A stretch of 64,000 bases of DNA, from IMG/VR virus record IMGVR_UViG_3300011616_000001, positions 1 through 64,000 of that record. One strand, written 5' to 3'. Shown in pieces: positions 1-7,803 of the stretch; the first letter of the stretch is position 1, and every line of letters starts with the position of its first letter. Made by a program: the position numbers and the translations under genes. The notes under the pieces are model-generated. The model did not search any database. It saw only the letters and a list, made by a program, of their open reading frames with translations, and was not told the origin of the DNA. This DNA comes from a virus (lineage: Duplodnaviria > Caudoviricetes).

Positions 1-111
1 GGGATGAATGCGGGTTATGGAATTGAGCACACAAATATCGAAGAAGAGGAAAAAGTTGCAATTGAGAAATATGCAGAACAACAAGGATTTAAACGAAAAT
101 CAGCAAATTAA
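1..111 (+). CDS. 3' end of hypothetical protein (partial)
   Basis: Open frame from position 1 to TAA 109-111. Confidence 0.5.
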   Translation, partial: GMNAGYGIEHTNIEEEEKVAIEKYAEQQGFKRKSAN

Positions 112-128
112 GATTTGGAGGTAGAAAG

Positions 129-290
129 ATGAAAAAGTATAGATTTTATTGTGGAACTGGTTTTGCTGGCGCAGCACATGAAGAAGTAGTCGAATTAGAA
201 GATGATGTTACTCCCGAAGAAATTAATGATGCCTTAGAGGAATGGATCTGGGAGCATATAGAAGCATCATGGGAAGCTGTAGAAAATTAA
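129..290 (+). CDS. Small acidic hypothetical phage protein (53 aa)
   Basis: GGAGG SD then ATG 129; MKKYRFYCGTGFAG...VEN*; below the ORF-track cutoff. Confidence 0.7.
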   Translation: MKKYRFYCGTGFAGAAHEEVVELEDDVTPEEINDALEEWIWEHIEASWEAVEN

Positions 291-310
291 AATTTAACGG
301 AGGGAACGAT

Positions 311-538
311 ATGGATTATAGAGACAGGCGGTGCCCGCACTGCGGACGGACAAATGGGTTATATACAAAATATACTTACAAGAATGTCAGAGATTGCTAT
401 GACTTTGAGGGCAACATGGTAGGGGAGTCATTTGACGATGCTCAAAAAGTAGGCGGTATAACATTTTACTGTCAGGTTTGTGATAGGGTAGTTTGCAGAG
501 ATCACGATCAGTACAAACGTATCTATGGACTAAAATAA
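311..538 (+). CDS. Zinc-ribbon hypothetical protein
   Basis: GGAGG SD before ATG 311; CPHC...CQVC. Confidence 0.7.
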   Translation: MDYRDRRCPHCGRTNGLYTKYTYKNVRDCYDFEGNMVGESFDDAQKVGGITFYCQVCDRVVCRDHDQYKRIYGLK

Positions 539-557
539 GATTGGATGGAGGTACAGA

Positions 558-1340
558 TTGAACGATTTAACACATTTATCCCTGTTTTCTGGTATAGCGG
601 GCTTGGACTTGGCAGCGGAAATGGCAGGATTTCAAACGGTCGGGCAGTGCGAATGGGCTGAATACCCAACAAAAGTATTGGAACGGCATTGGCCGAATGT
701 AGAAAGGTGGAAAGATATACATGACTTATCAGCAGATGAATTTTATGGACGGACAGGAATCAAGCCGGGGCGCCTTACCTGTATATCAGGAGGATTTCCC
801 TGCCAACCGCACAGCGTTATCGGGAGCAGGAGAGCGGAGACAGACGAAAGACACCTCTGGCCAGAATACATGCGAGTTGTTAGAGAACTGCGGCCGCGCT
901 GGGTTGTTGGAGAAAATGTTAATGGCATCCTATCAACAATACATGAGTCCGTATGCACCGACTTGGAAGCAGAAAGTTACGAAGTCAGGACGTTTTGTGT
1001 TCCGGCTTACGCTGTCGGTGCGCACCATGAAAGATACAGGGTTTTTGTTATTGGCATCGCCAAGGGCGAGTCAGGAGTACAAGCCAATAAGGAGACAGAC
1101 TCCCACAGAGAAAAATGGAACACACGGACAAACACTTTGTTCGAGCTTGGGCATCATCTTCCCGGAGCATATTGGGCAGTACATAAACCCCCAGTATGCG
1201 GAATGGTTAATGGGCTTTCCGATCGGGTGGGGGGATATAAGCAGTACAAAGAGCAAATGATCTGCTATGGGAATGCGGTTGTTCCGCAACAAGCATATCC
1301 GATCTTCAAGACGATAGCAGAGATCGAGCGACTAAATTAA
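558..1340 (+). CDS. C5 cytosine DNA methyltransferase, alpha polypeptide
   Basis: Motif I LFSGIAG, catalytic GFPCQ, ENV, motif X YGNAV; no motif IX in this frame. Confidence 0.92.
   Translation: MNDLTHLSLFSGIAGLDLAAEMAGFQTVGQCEWAEYPTKVLERHWPNVERWKDIHDLSADEFYGRTGIKPGRLTCISGGFPCQPHSVIGSRRAETDERHLWPEYMRVVRELRPRWVVGENVNGILSTIHESVCTDLEAESYEVRTFCVPAYAVGAHHERYRVFVIGIAKGESGVQANKETDSHREKWNTRTNTLFELGHHLPGAYWAVHKPPVCGMVNGLSDRVGGYKQYKEQMICYGNAVVPQQAYPIFKTIAEIERLN
721..1260 (+). CDS. Nested alternative-frame C5 methyltransferase beta polypeptide (motif IX)
   Basis: 179-aa frame inside the MTase ending INPQYAEWLMGFPIGW; AAGGTGG SD upstream. Confidence 0.7.
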   Translation: MTYQQMNFMDGQESSRGALPVYQEDFPANRTALSGAGERRQTKDTSGQNTCELLENCGRAGLLEKMLMASYQQYMSPYAPTWKQKVTKSGRFVFRLTLSVRTMKDTGFLLLASPRASQEYKPIRRQTPTEKNGTHGQTLCSSLGIIFPEHIGQYINPQYAEWLMGFPIGWGDISSTKSK

Positions 1341-1362
1341 ATTTATGTGAGAAAGGGGAACG

Positions 1363-1677
1363 TTGATGGATGGATATATCGAATTGCCTTGGAGTGTCGA
1401 GCAAACAATAGAAAATTTAGAGGGCGTCCGGGCCGCAATGATTAAAAGAATACGGACTGTGAACTTGGATGGAGAAGGTGAAGAGGACGTAAAAGAACTT
1501 AACTATGATTTTGATAAAGCGATTGAAGCATTGAAAAAAGAGGTGCCGAGACAGGGATATTATGAAGATGATACCGAAGCGGATTGCCCAACTTGCGGAT
1601 CACTTATAGAGGATTACAATGTAACAACAATAACTCGTTGCCCAGAATGCGGCCAGCGGATTAAGTGGGAGAATTAA
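1363..1677 (+). CDS. Hypothetical protein with C-terminal zinc ribbon
   Basis: CPTC...CPEC; SD AGGGG. Confidence 0.75.
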   Translation: MMDGYIELPWSVEQTIENLEGVRAAMIKRIRTVNLDGEGEEDVKELNYDFDKAIEALKKEVPRQGYYEDDTEADCPTCGSLIEDYNVTTITRCPECGQRIKWEN

Positions 1678-1698
1678 TTTTTACGGAGGGAAGAAAAT

Positions 1699-2256
1699 AT
1701 GGGAACTAGAGGTATTTATGGATTCAGAAAAAATAATGTTGATAAAATAACTTACAATCATTTTGACAGTTATCCAGATGGATTGGGAGCCGAGGTTGTT
1801 AATTTTTGTAAAGCGATTGATGAACAAAACCTAAGTAAGATTTATGACAATATTGTCTTAATCAATTCCAAGGAAAAACCAACCGCAGAGCAAATAGAAA
1901 GTTGCAAGAAGTGGTCTGATTTGAATGTGTCAGAACAAAGTCTGAACGATTGGTATTGCTTATTGCGAAAATCACAAGGAGATTTGTCTGCATATACCAG
2001 AGGTCTAAAATATATGAGTGATGATCATGACTTCATCAAAGATAGTCTTTTTTGTGAATATGGCTACATAATAAACCTGGATAATAGTACTTTGGAATTT
2101 TGGGTGGGATATCAAAAAGAACCACAAGAAGGTAACCGGTATGGAACAGAGACCGATGATAATGGATATTACCCTTGTAAACTGACACATAGTTTTCCTC
2201 TTAGTGATTTATCGGAGGATGCCATCGAAGTTATGAACGGTAGCGAAGCAGAGTAG
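1699..2256 (+). CDS. Conserved hypothetical phage protein
   Basis: GGAGG SD; 185-aa ORF MGTRGIYGF...DSYPDGLG. Confidence 0.75.
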   Translation: MGTRGIYGFRKNNVDKITYNHFDSYPDGLGAEVVNFCKAIDEQNLSKIYDNIVLINSKEKPTAEQIESCKKWSDLNVSEQSLNDWYCLLRKSQGDLSAYTRGLKYMSDDHDFIKDSLFCEYGYIINLDNSTLEFWVGYQKEPQEGNRYGTETDDNGYYPCKLTHSFPLSDLSEDAIEVMNGSEAE

Positions 2257-2284
2257 TTAAAATAAATTAATTTTTGGAGGAAAA

Positions 2285-2566
2285 ATGAATAGATTGACAG
2301 AACGAACAGAAAACGGCTGTGCGGTGTATAAAAAACCAACGCCTGAGCCAGAAGGCTGGAAGGCCAACCGGCACGAGGTATTGCAACGGTTAGCAGAATA
2401 TGAGGATACGGGACTTGAACCAGAAGAAATAAACAAGGAGTTATTCAGCCGCAGTTATTTTAATGATCTTTATGATTTATGCAACAGGGTTTACAAGGAA
2501 AAACGTGAAGTGAAAAGTTTTAATGAGTATGTCAAAGGTCTTATTTTAAAAGAATTGGACAATTAA
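2285..2566 (+). CDS. Hypothetical phage protein (MNRLTER type)
   Basis: GGAGG SD; RLAEYEDTGLEPEEI. Confidence 0.75.
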   Translation: MNRLTERTENGCAVYKKPTPEPEGWKANRHEVLQRLAEYEDTGLEPEEINKELFSRSYFNDLYDLCNRVYKEKREVKSFNEYVKGLILKELDN

Positions 2567-2589
2567 GATTTGATGAAAGAGGGTGAAGG

Positions 2590-3381
2590 ATGAAAAGCGT
2601 TTTAAAGTATCCAGGAGCAAAGAACCGACTTGCTCCCTGGATCTGTGAATACATACCCAGACATGATGTGTATTTAGAACCATTCGCAGGTAGCCTGGCT
2701 GTGTTTTTTAATAAAGAGCGATGCCATATTGAAACAGTAAATGATTTGGATGGTGAAATAACGAACTTTTATCATGTTCTGCGGGACAAAAGCGAAGTTC
2801 TTCAGCAAGTTATTGAATTGACACCATTCTCCCGGCGCGAATATGAAAACGCTTATACTCCGGCCGATAACGATGTCGAAAGGGCGCGTCGGTTCGTAGT
2901 TAAGTGTTGGATGGGATTCGGCTGCGGGAACTTATATCAAAATGGATTCAAAACTGGCCAACAAAAAAAGTCACCAAATCCGGCCAAGGCATGGGGCGAG
3001 CTATCGGAGACAGTGGCAGTAGCGACTAAGCGTTTGAAGGGAGTACAGATCGAGAATCTGCCGGCCGTAGAGCTGATAAGTAGGTATGATACGGATGATG
3101 TATTTATGTATATTGATCCGCCGTATTTGCATGGCACACGTAAAAATTACTTATACCGGCACGAAATGAAGAAAAAGGATCATGAAGAATTATTGCAGCT
3201 TTTAAGAAATCATCCCGGACGAATTCTTTTATCCGGATATGATAACCAACTATACAATGATTTGCTTCCGGAATGGCGGAAAGTACAAAAAACAACCCAA
3301 GCTGAAGGTGGCAGAAAAAGAATAGAAACCTTGTGGATGAACTACGATGCAGGTCAGACAGAATTGCAATTGATTCAGTAA
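2590..3381 (+). CDS. Dam-like (D12 class) N6-adenine DNA methyltransferase
   Basis: LKYPGAK, EPFAGS, NDLD, DPPY motifs. Confidence 0.92.
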   Translation: MKSVLKYPGAKNRLAPWICEYIPRHDVYLEPFAGSLAVFFNKERCHIETVNDLDGEITNFYHVLRDKSEVLQQVIELTPFSRREYENAYTPADNDVERARRFVVKCWMGFGCGNLYQNGFKTGQQKKSPNPAKAWGELSETVAVATKRLKGVQIENLPAVELISRYDTDDVFMYIDPPYLHGTRKNYLYRHEMKKKDHEELLQLLRNHPGRILLSGYDNQLYNDLLPEWRKVQKTTQAEGGRKRIETLWMNYDAGQTELQLIQ

Positions 3382-3403
3382 ATTAATTTTATGAGGTGGA
3401 TAA

Positions 3404-3544
3404 ATGATAAGAAAAGAGTGGCTGAGTAAATTATGTGATTTTTTGGAAGTGTTAAATGAAGATGCTAAAGAGGACGATGAAACAGAGTTGTGTTATATGT
3501 TGGCATGTACAGTAAGGGACAATACAAAATTGCTTGTAGACTAA
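3404..3544 (+). CDS. Small hypothetical protein (46 aa)
   Basis: GAGGTGG SD, ATG 3404, TAA 3542-3544. Confidence 0.55.
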   Translation: MIRKEWLSKLCDFLEVLNEDAKEDDETELCYMLACTVRDNTKLLVD

Positions 3545-3566
3545 AGTTTAAGAGAGAAGGTGTGAC

Positions 3567-3974
3567 ATGGATTTTCCATACAAGAAGGGACAGCCAGTAG
3601 AGATACACCACAATGATGAATGGAAACGTGGCGTAATAATGGATACTTGTCGGTTCAGGGACAGGACTGTAACAATCAGGACCGAAACCGGCGAGCAGAT
3701 TGTTTGTGGCGAGGTCCGGCATGATTTGTATAGACCAGTGGAGAAAGATAAAATACTGACACAGAAAATTATAACAATAGATAGGTACCAACAATTTAGC
3801 TATAGTAATTCAAATAATTTTCAAGATACAGTTCAACGTTATCTGGATGATGGCTTTAAAATTTCATCTAGCAATTGTGCGTCAGTGATGCATAACTTTG
3901 GTGGTTGGGATGGTGGAAAACCACTTTGCGAAAAAGAATGTATTCATTACTGCGCTGTATTGGTTAAGGATTAA
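3567..3974 (+). CDS. Hypothetical protein
   Basis: AAGGTG SD; 135-aa ORF. Confidence 0.65.
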   Translation: MDFPYKKGQPVEIHHNDEWKRGVIMDTCRFRDRTVTIRTETGEQIVCGEVRHDLYRPVEKDKILTQKIITIDRYQQFSYSNSNNFQDTVQRYLDDGFKISSSNCASVMHNFGGWDGGKPLCEKECIHYCAVLVKD

Positions 3975-4021
3975 ATATAATATAAGCAATGATGAAGAAA
4001 TATAAGAGGAGGTGACTTTGC

Positions 4022-4159
4022 TTGCTAAAAGAGCAGCTAACAGAAACACAATCCCAGTATCTTCGGATGCGGGATCTGGAATGTGATCCAGAGGTAGATA
4101 ACTGGTTTACCAAAATGCCACCTTACTGTTATACGGAACTATGTCCAGATCCGCGATAG
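4022..4159 (+). CDS. Small hypothetical protein (45 aa, TTG start)
   Basis: GGAGGTG SD 7 nt before TTG; open to TAG 4157-4159. Confidence 0.45.
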   Translation: MLKEQLTETQSQYLRMRDLECDPEVDNWFTKMPPYCYTELCPDPR

Positions 4160-4207
4160 CGCCCAGGTGGAGAGTTATACATATAAAGATGCTATAAAAC
4201 AACAAAC

Positions 4208-4244
4208 AGCGGTGCACCTACCGACCAAAGTATCATGCACCGCT
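4208..4244 (+). promoter_or_regulatory. Hairpin with CGACCAAA loop upstream of the recombinase gene
   Basis: AGCGGTGCA/TGCACCGCT 9-bp stem plus inner TAC/GTA. Confidence 0.45.
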
Positions 4245-4305
4245 TCACGCTTAAGGAAATTGTATCATAACTCAAATCCTTAAGCAAGTACAGGAGGATA
4301 AAACT

Positions 4306-5343
4306 ATGAGCAAATCAGCTAAAAGTAAGATTGTCGATAATATCTTGGTGTCAATGATGGAATATCTCGAAACAGAGCCATTACACATGCTGGAACGCAT
4401 TATCATGGACGAACTGGCGACAGTCCAGGTGCAGGAAATAACGACACTGCCGGTCGAGTATAAAGGTGATGTGATGGAGAAAAACGAATATATCATTAAG
4501 CTGTTTTTGGTAAAAAAGAAGCGGCTCAGACCTAAGACAAAGGAAGATTACTTGAATGCAATAAAAAGGCTGATTACGGCCATAGATTATAAATCCCTTG
4601 ACCAGATGGACGAAAATGACATTGAGTGGTACTTAAATGTGTATGAGCGTAGGAATGTGATACATGGTGGAAAACTAAATAAGCCAACAACAGTAAACAA
4701 CGAAATGCGCTTTCTGTCTGCATTCTTCACATGGATGCGAAAAGCTAAAATCATTACAGAAAATCCGGTGGAGTGTATGGAGCCTATGAAGGTTACGTTG
4801 AGAAAGATTGATTACTTTTCCGATGATGAAGTAGCACAGTTACGGGATGCCTGTAAGGATATCAGGGAAAGGGCAATCCTTGAGGTGTTCAGAAGCAGCG
4901 GGGCCAGAGTGGGAGAGATTGCAGAAATCACACTGGATCAGGTTAACCTTGATACTGGCGATATAACAATTATCGGGGAAAAAGGTGGAAGGATGAGAAC
5001 GATCTTTCTTGATCCGGTGGCAAGATATTATTACAAACTGTACTTATCGACCCGTACGGACCAGAATCCGCATATGTTTGTTCATTCACGTGCGCCGTAT
5101 GAAAATATGGGGACATGCGGATATAGGAGCCTGTTTAAACTGATCGGCAAACGGGCTGGCCTGAAAGTAAGAGTATATCCGCATAAGTGGCGGAAAACGT
5201 TAGGGATGAACCTGTTAAACAAAGGTGTCAGCCTGGATGTTATCAAAGAGATTATGGGACATCAGAGTACGGCTGTCACATCTACATATTATGCACAGGC
5301 AACAATTGATACAGTAAGATATGAAAAACTAAAAGTAGCGTAA
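4306..5343 (+). CDS. XerC/D-like tyrosine recombinase
   Basis: SGARVGE, HKWR, MGH, C-terminal Tyr; N-terminal core-binding region. Confidence 0.9.
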   Translation: MSKSAKSKIVDNILVSMMEYLETEPLHMLERIIMDELATVQVQEITTLPVEYKGDVMEKNEYIIKLFLVKKKRLRPKTKEDYLNAIKRLITAIDYKSLDQMDENDIEWYLNVYERRNVIHGGKLNKPTTVNNEMRFLSAFFTWMRKAKIITENPVECMEPMKVTLRKIDYFSDDEVAQLRDACKDIRERAILEVFRSSGARVGEIAEITLDQVNLDTGDITIIGEKGGRMRTIFLDPVARYYYKLYLSTRTDQNPHMFVHSRAPYENMGTCGYRSLFKLIGKRAGLKVRVYPHKWRKTLGMNLLNKGVSLDVIKEIMGHQSTAVTSTYYAQATIDTVRYEKLKVA

Positions 5344-5355
5344 AGGAGTGATCGG

Positions 5356-5787
5356 TTGTCAGCAGCACAGCATTTACAAATTAAAATAACTAAGAAGTTA
5401 CTGAAGAATTATCGGCGGTTAAGGCGTGAGATTCCCATTCTTGAGTACGAACTTAAGGAAATGCAGACTACAGATTCAGGGATGGGGATTAGTACGATAC
5501 TAAATTATCAATCAGGCTATCCAGTTCCGGAAGGAGTCAGGGGTTTTGATTGGCCGCTTTATGAGCGGAGAAAAATGGTTCTGGAAAGTAAGAAAGAAAA
5601 AATCCAGGCGGTAAAAGATTGGATTGAGGCAATCGAAGAGGGACAAACTCGTTGTGTATTCCGCATGAAGTACATAGATGGTATGGAGTGGGAAAAGATT
5701 GCGGCAAAAACGGGTTATGCTGGTAATCCGAATTATCCGAGATTGTATATTCGAGATGCATATTTAAAAAAATGTGGGATTTCGTGA
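5356..5787 (+). CDS. RinA/ArpU-like late transcriptional regulator
   Basis: C-terminal HTH-like RCVFRMKYIDGMEWEKIA; position just before the packaging module. Confidence 0.65.
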   Translation: MSAAQHLQIKITKKLLKNYRRLRREIPILEYELKEMQTTDSGMGISTILNYQSGYPVPEGVRGFDWPLYERRKMVLESKKEKIQAVKDWIEAIEEGQTRCVFRMKYIDGMEWEKIAAKTGYAGNPNYPRLYIRDAYLKKCGIS

Positions 5788-5885
5788 AAATACATCGTTT
5801 ATATCGGAAATATCGTTGTACAATAGAATTGAGCCAAAGGCGAAAAAGCCGGGCGGCTAAATTAATACTTTACTAATACATTGAC

Positions 5886-5911
5886 AGGCATCCAGAAATG
5901 GGTGCCTTTTT
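5886..5911 (+). terminator. Intrinsic terminator-like hairpin
   Basis: AGGCATCC/GGGTGCCT followed by T-run. Confidence 0.55.
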
Positions 5912-5976
5912 AACGCACATTGATCCGACCGGGTGAAACTCAGACCGGTCGGCCTCCTGAGAAAAGAGGTGATTGA

Positions 5977-6525
5977 GTGAATACAGTGGAGCCGATCCGG
6001 GATCTGGATACCGTCATAGACATTGCAGAATATCTGAAAGAACGAAACGAACGGGATTATGTCATGTTTATGTTTGGGATTTATTCAGGGTTGAGGATTT
6101 CTGACATTTTAAAGTTTCGGGTGCGGGATGTCCGGGATAAGAAAGTGATACGTATCCGGGAGAAGAAGACAGGTAAAGAAAAACAGTTCCCGATTAATAA
6201 GGAGCTGCAACCGATCCTAAGAGACTATGTTGATGGCAAAAGGGATTACGAATACCTGTTTAAGAATCCATATAAGAATAAGCCAATCTCCAGGCAACAG
6301 GCTTATAACGTTCTTGCTATGGCGGGGGATAACTTTGGCGTGGAGAGTATTGGAACTCATACGCTTAGAAAAACCTTTGGCTATCATATCTACCAGAAAA
6401 CCAAAGACGCAGCTATGTTAATGGATATCTTTAATCATTCTGATGTTCATACAACACTTCGCTACATTGGCGTGAATCAGGAGACGAAAGATAAGGTCTA
6501 CAATACATTATCGTTTAGGCGGTGA
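5977..6525 (+). CDS. Short catalytic-domain-only tyrosine recombinase (182 aa)
   Basis: SGLRISD, HTLRK, FNH, RYIG. Confidence 0.9.
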   Translation: MNTVEPIRDLDTVIDIAEYLKERNERDYVMFMFGIYSGLRISDILKFRVRDVRDKKVIRIREKKTGKEKQFPINKELQPILRDYVDGKRDYEYLFKNPYKNKPISRQQAYNVLAMAGDNFGVESIGTHTLRKTFGYHIYQKTKDAAMLMDIFNHSDVHTTLRYIGVNQETKDKVYNTLSFRR

Positions 6526-6546
6526 TGTTTATTTTTTATACGTTTC

Positions 6547-6653
6547 GATTGACATAAAAGAATTAGTGTTAAAACGGCATAGTGAAAACTGTTTGCATTA
6601 ATTAGTAGGAATGGATGCGGACGGCGGTTTACAAAATTGCAGATATGTCAATC
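6547..6653. repeat. 10-bp inverted repeat GATTGACATA / TATGTCAATC
   Basis: 6547-6556 and 6644-6653 are exact reverse complements. Confidence 0.6.
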
Positions 6654-6763
6654 AAGAAGAAGAACATAAAAGCATAGCAAAGCCTTATCCTATCAGTGAT
6701 TGTGGGTGTAATATAGCCAGATTGAAGCATATCAATCATGACTTACTGCAAATTACTGATTAA

Positions 6764-6949
6764 TGACAGGTAGGTGACAGGTTAGTGACAGTTTTGGTGG
6801 TGTCACACAAATGACCAGAAACCTATATTCTATATGGGTTTGAGTGGTATTGCTGTGACAGTTATGACAGAAATGACAGCTTTTTCAATTCTTTATACGT
6901 ATTATTTTTATATTCATAAAGAATTTAATAATATCTGTCATAACTGTCA
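6764..6949. repeat. TGACAG iteron-like cluster
   Basis: TGACAG at 6764, 6775, 6786, 6856, 6865, 6874; CTGTCA at 6935, 6944. Confidence 0.7.
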
Positions 6950-6991
6950 TAAGTGTAATTAAAAGAAAAAAGGGAAAGGAGATACTATCTA

Positions 6992-7327
6992 TTGGCTAAA
7001 GACTTTGCAAAGGCGTTCTATAAAAAGAATGCATGGCTTAAGTGTAGGCAGTCATACATACAGGAACGTATAGCGGTTGATGGTGGGATGTGTGAAGAGT
7101 GTCACAAACAATTAGGATACATCGTACATCATAAGATTCTGCTGACACCGGAGAACATAACAATGCCAGAGGTATCACTTAATCATAATCACTTGGGTTA
7201 TGTCTGTAAAGATTGTCACGATGAGTATGACGGTCATGGAGTTGGTAATAAAAAAATAAAACCATTGGTGATGTTTGATTCTTCCGGTCAACCAATTTCA
7301 TTGCGAGAGATCGACCATCCCCCCTAA
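6992..7327 (+). CDS. Packaging-associated HNH endonuclease
   Basis: CEEC...VHHK...NL..VCKDCH; directly before TerS. Confidence 0.88.
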   Translation: MAKDFAKAFYKKNAWLKCRQSYIQERIAVDGGMCEECHKQLGYIVHHKILLTPENITMPEVSLNHNHLGYVCKDCHDEYDGHGVGNKKIKPLVMFDSSGQPISLREIDHPP

Positions 7328-7366
7328 AATTTTTTCAAAAATATTTCGCTCAGGACCGAGGGGGGA
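7318..7366. other. Candidate cos region
   Basis: CCCCCC...GGACCGAGGGGGG between HNH and terS, the usual position for cos in HNH-type phages. Confidence 0.4.
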
Positions 7367-7428
7367 GATTTCTGTAACACGCAGGAAAAAAATAGAGTCC
7401 CCCCTACCCAAAGAAAGAAGGTGAGAAT

Positions 7429-7803
7429 GTGCCCCCAATAAGAAAGAAAACGAAAGAAGAAAGGATTAAGGCCGAACGGAAGCGATTAGACGGAATCTAC
7501 AAAGAAATAGACGGAAAAAAGAAAGCCATTGTTGCCGGACTGATTGATCAGGCCGCACGCATGAGAATAACACTGGATGATTTTGTAGCCGATCTGGATA
7601 AGAACGGGTATGTTGAAATGTTCAGCCAGGGAGAGCAGGAACCGTATGAAAGGAAGAGGCCCACCGCCGATCTGTACAATACCATGAATACCGCTTATCA
7701 GAAAGTGATTAAGCAGCTGACGGATTTACTGCCAAAGGATGCGCCGCCCAAAGAATCCGAAGACGGTTTTGACGATTTTGTAAATGGCAGAGAGGAAATC
7801 TAG
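7429..7803 (+). CDS. terS: Terminase small subunit
   Basis: Position between HNH and TerL; 124 aa; overlaps TerL start. Confidence 0.75.
   Translation: MPPIRKKTKEERIKAERKRLDGIYKEIDGKKKAIVAGLIDQAARMRITLDDFVADLDKNGYVEMFSQGEQEPYERKRPTADLYNTMNTAYQKVIKQLTDLLPKDAPPKESEDGFDDFVNGREEI

Noticed and set aside
6764-6949. CRISPR array
   Set aside because: Repeats are only 6 bp with irregular short spacers; no cas genes. No CRISPR array, tRNA or rRNA was recognised anywhere in the window.
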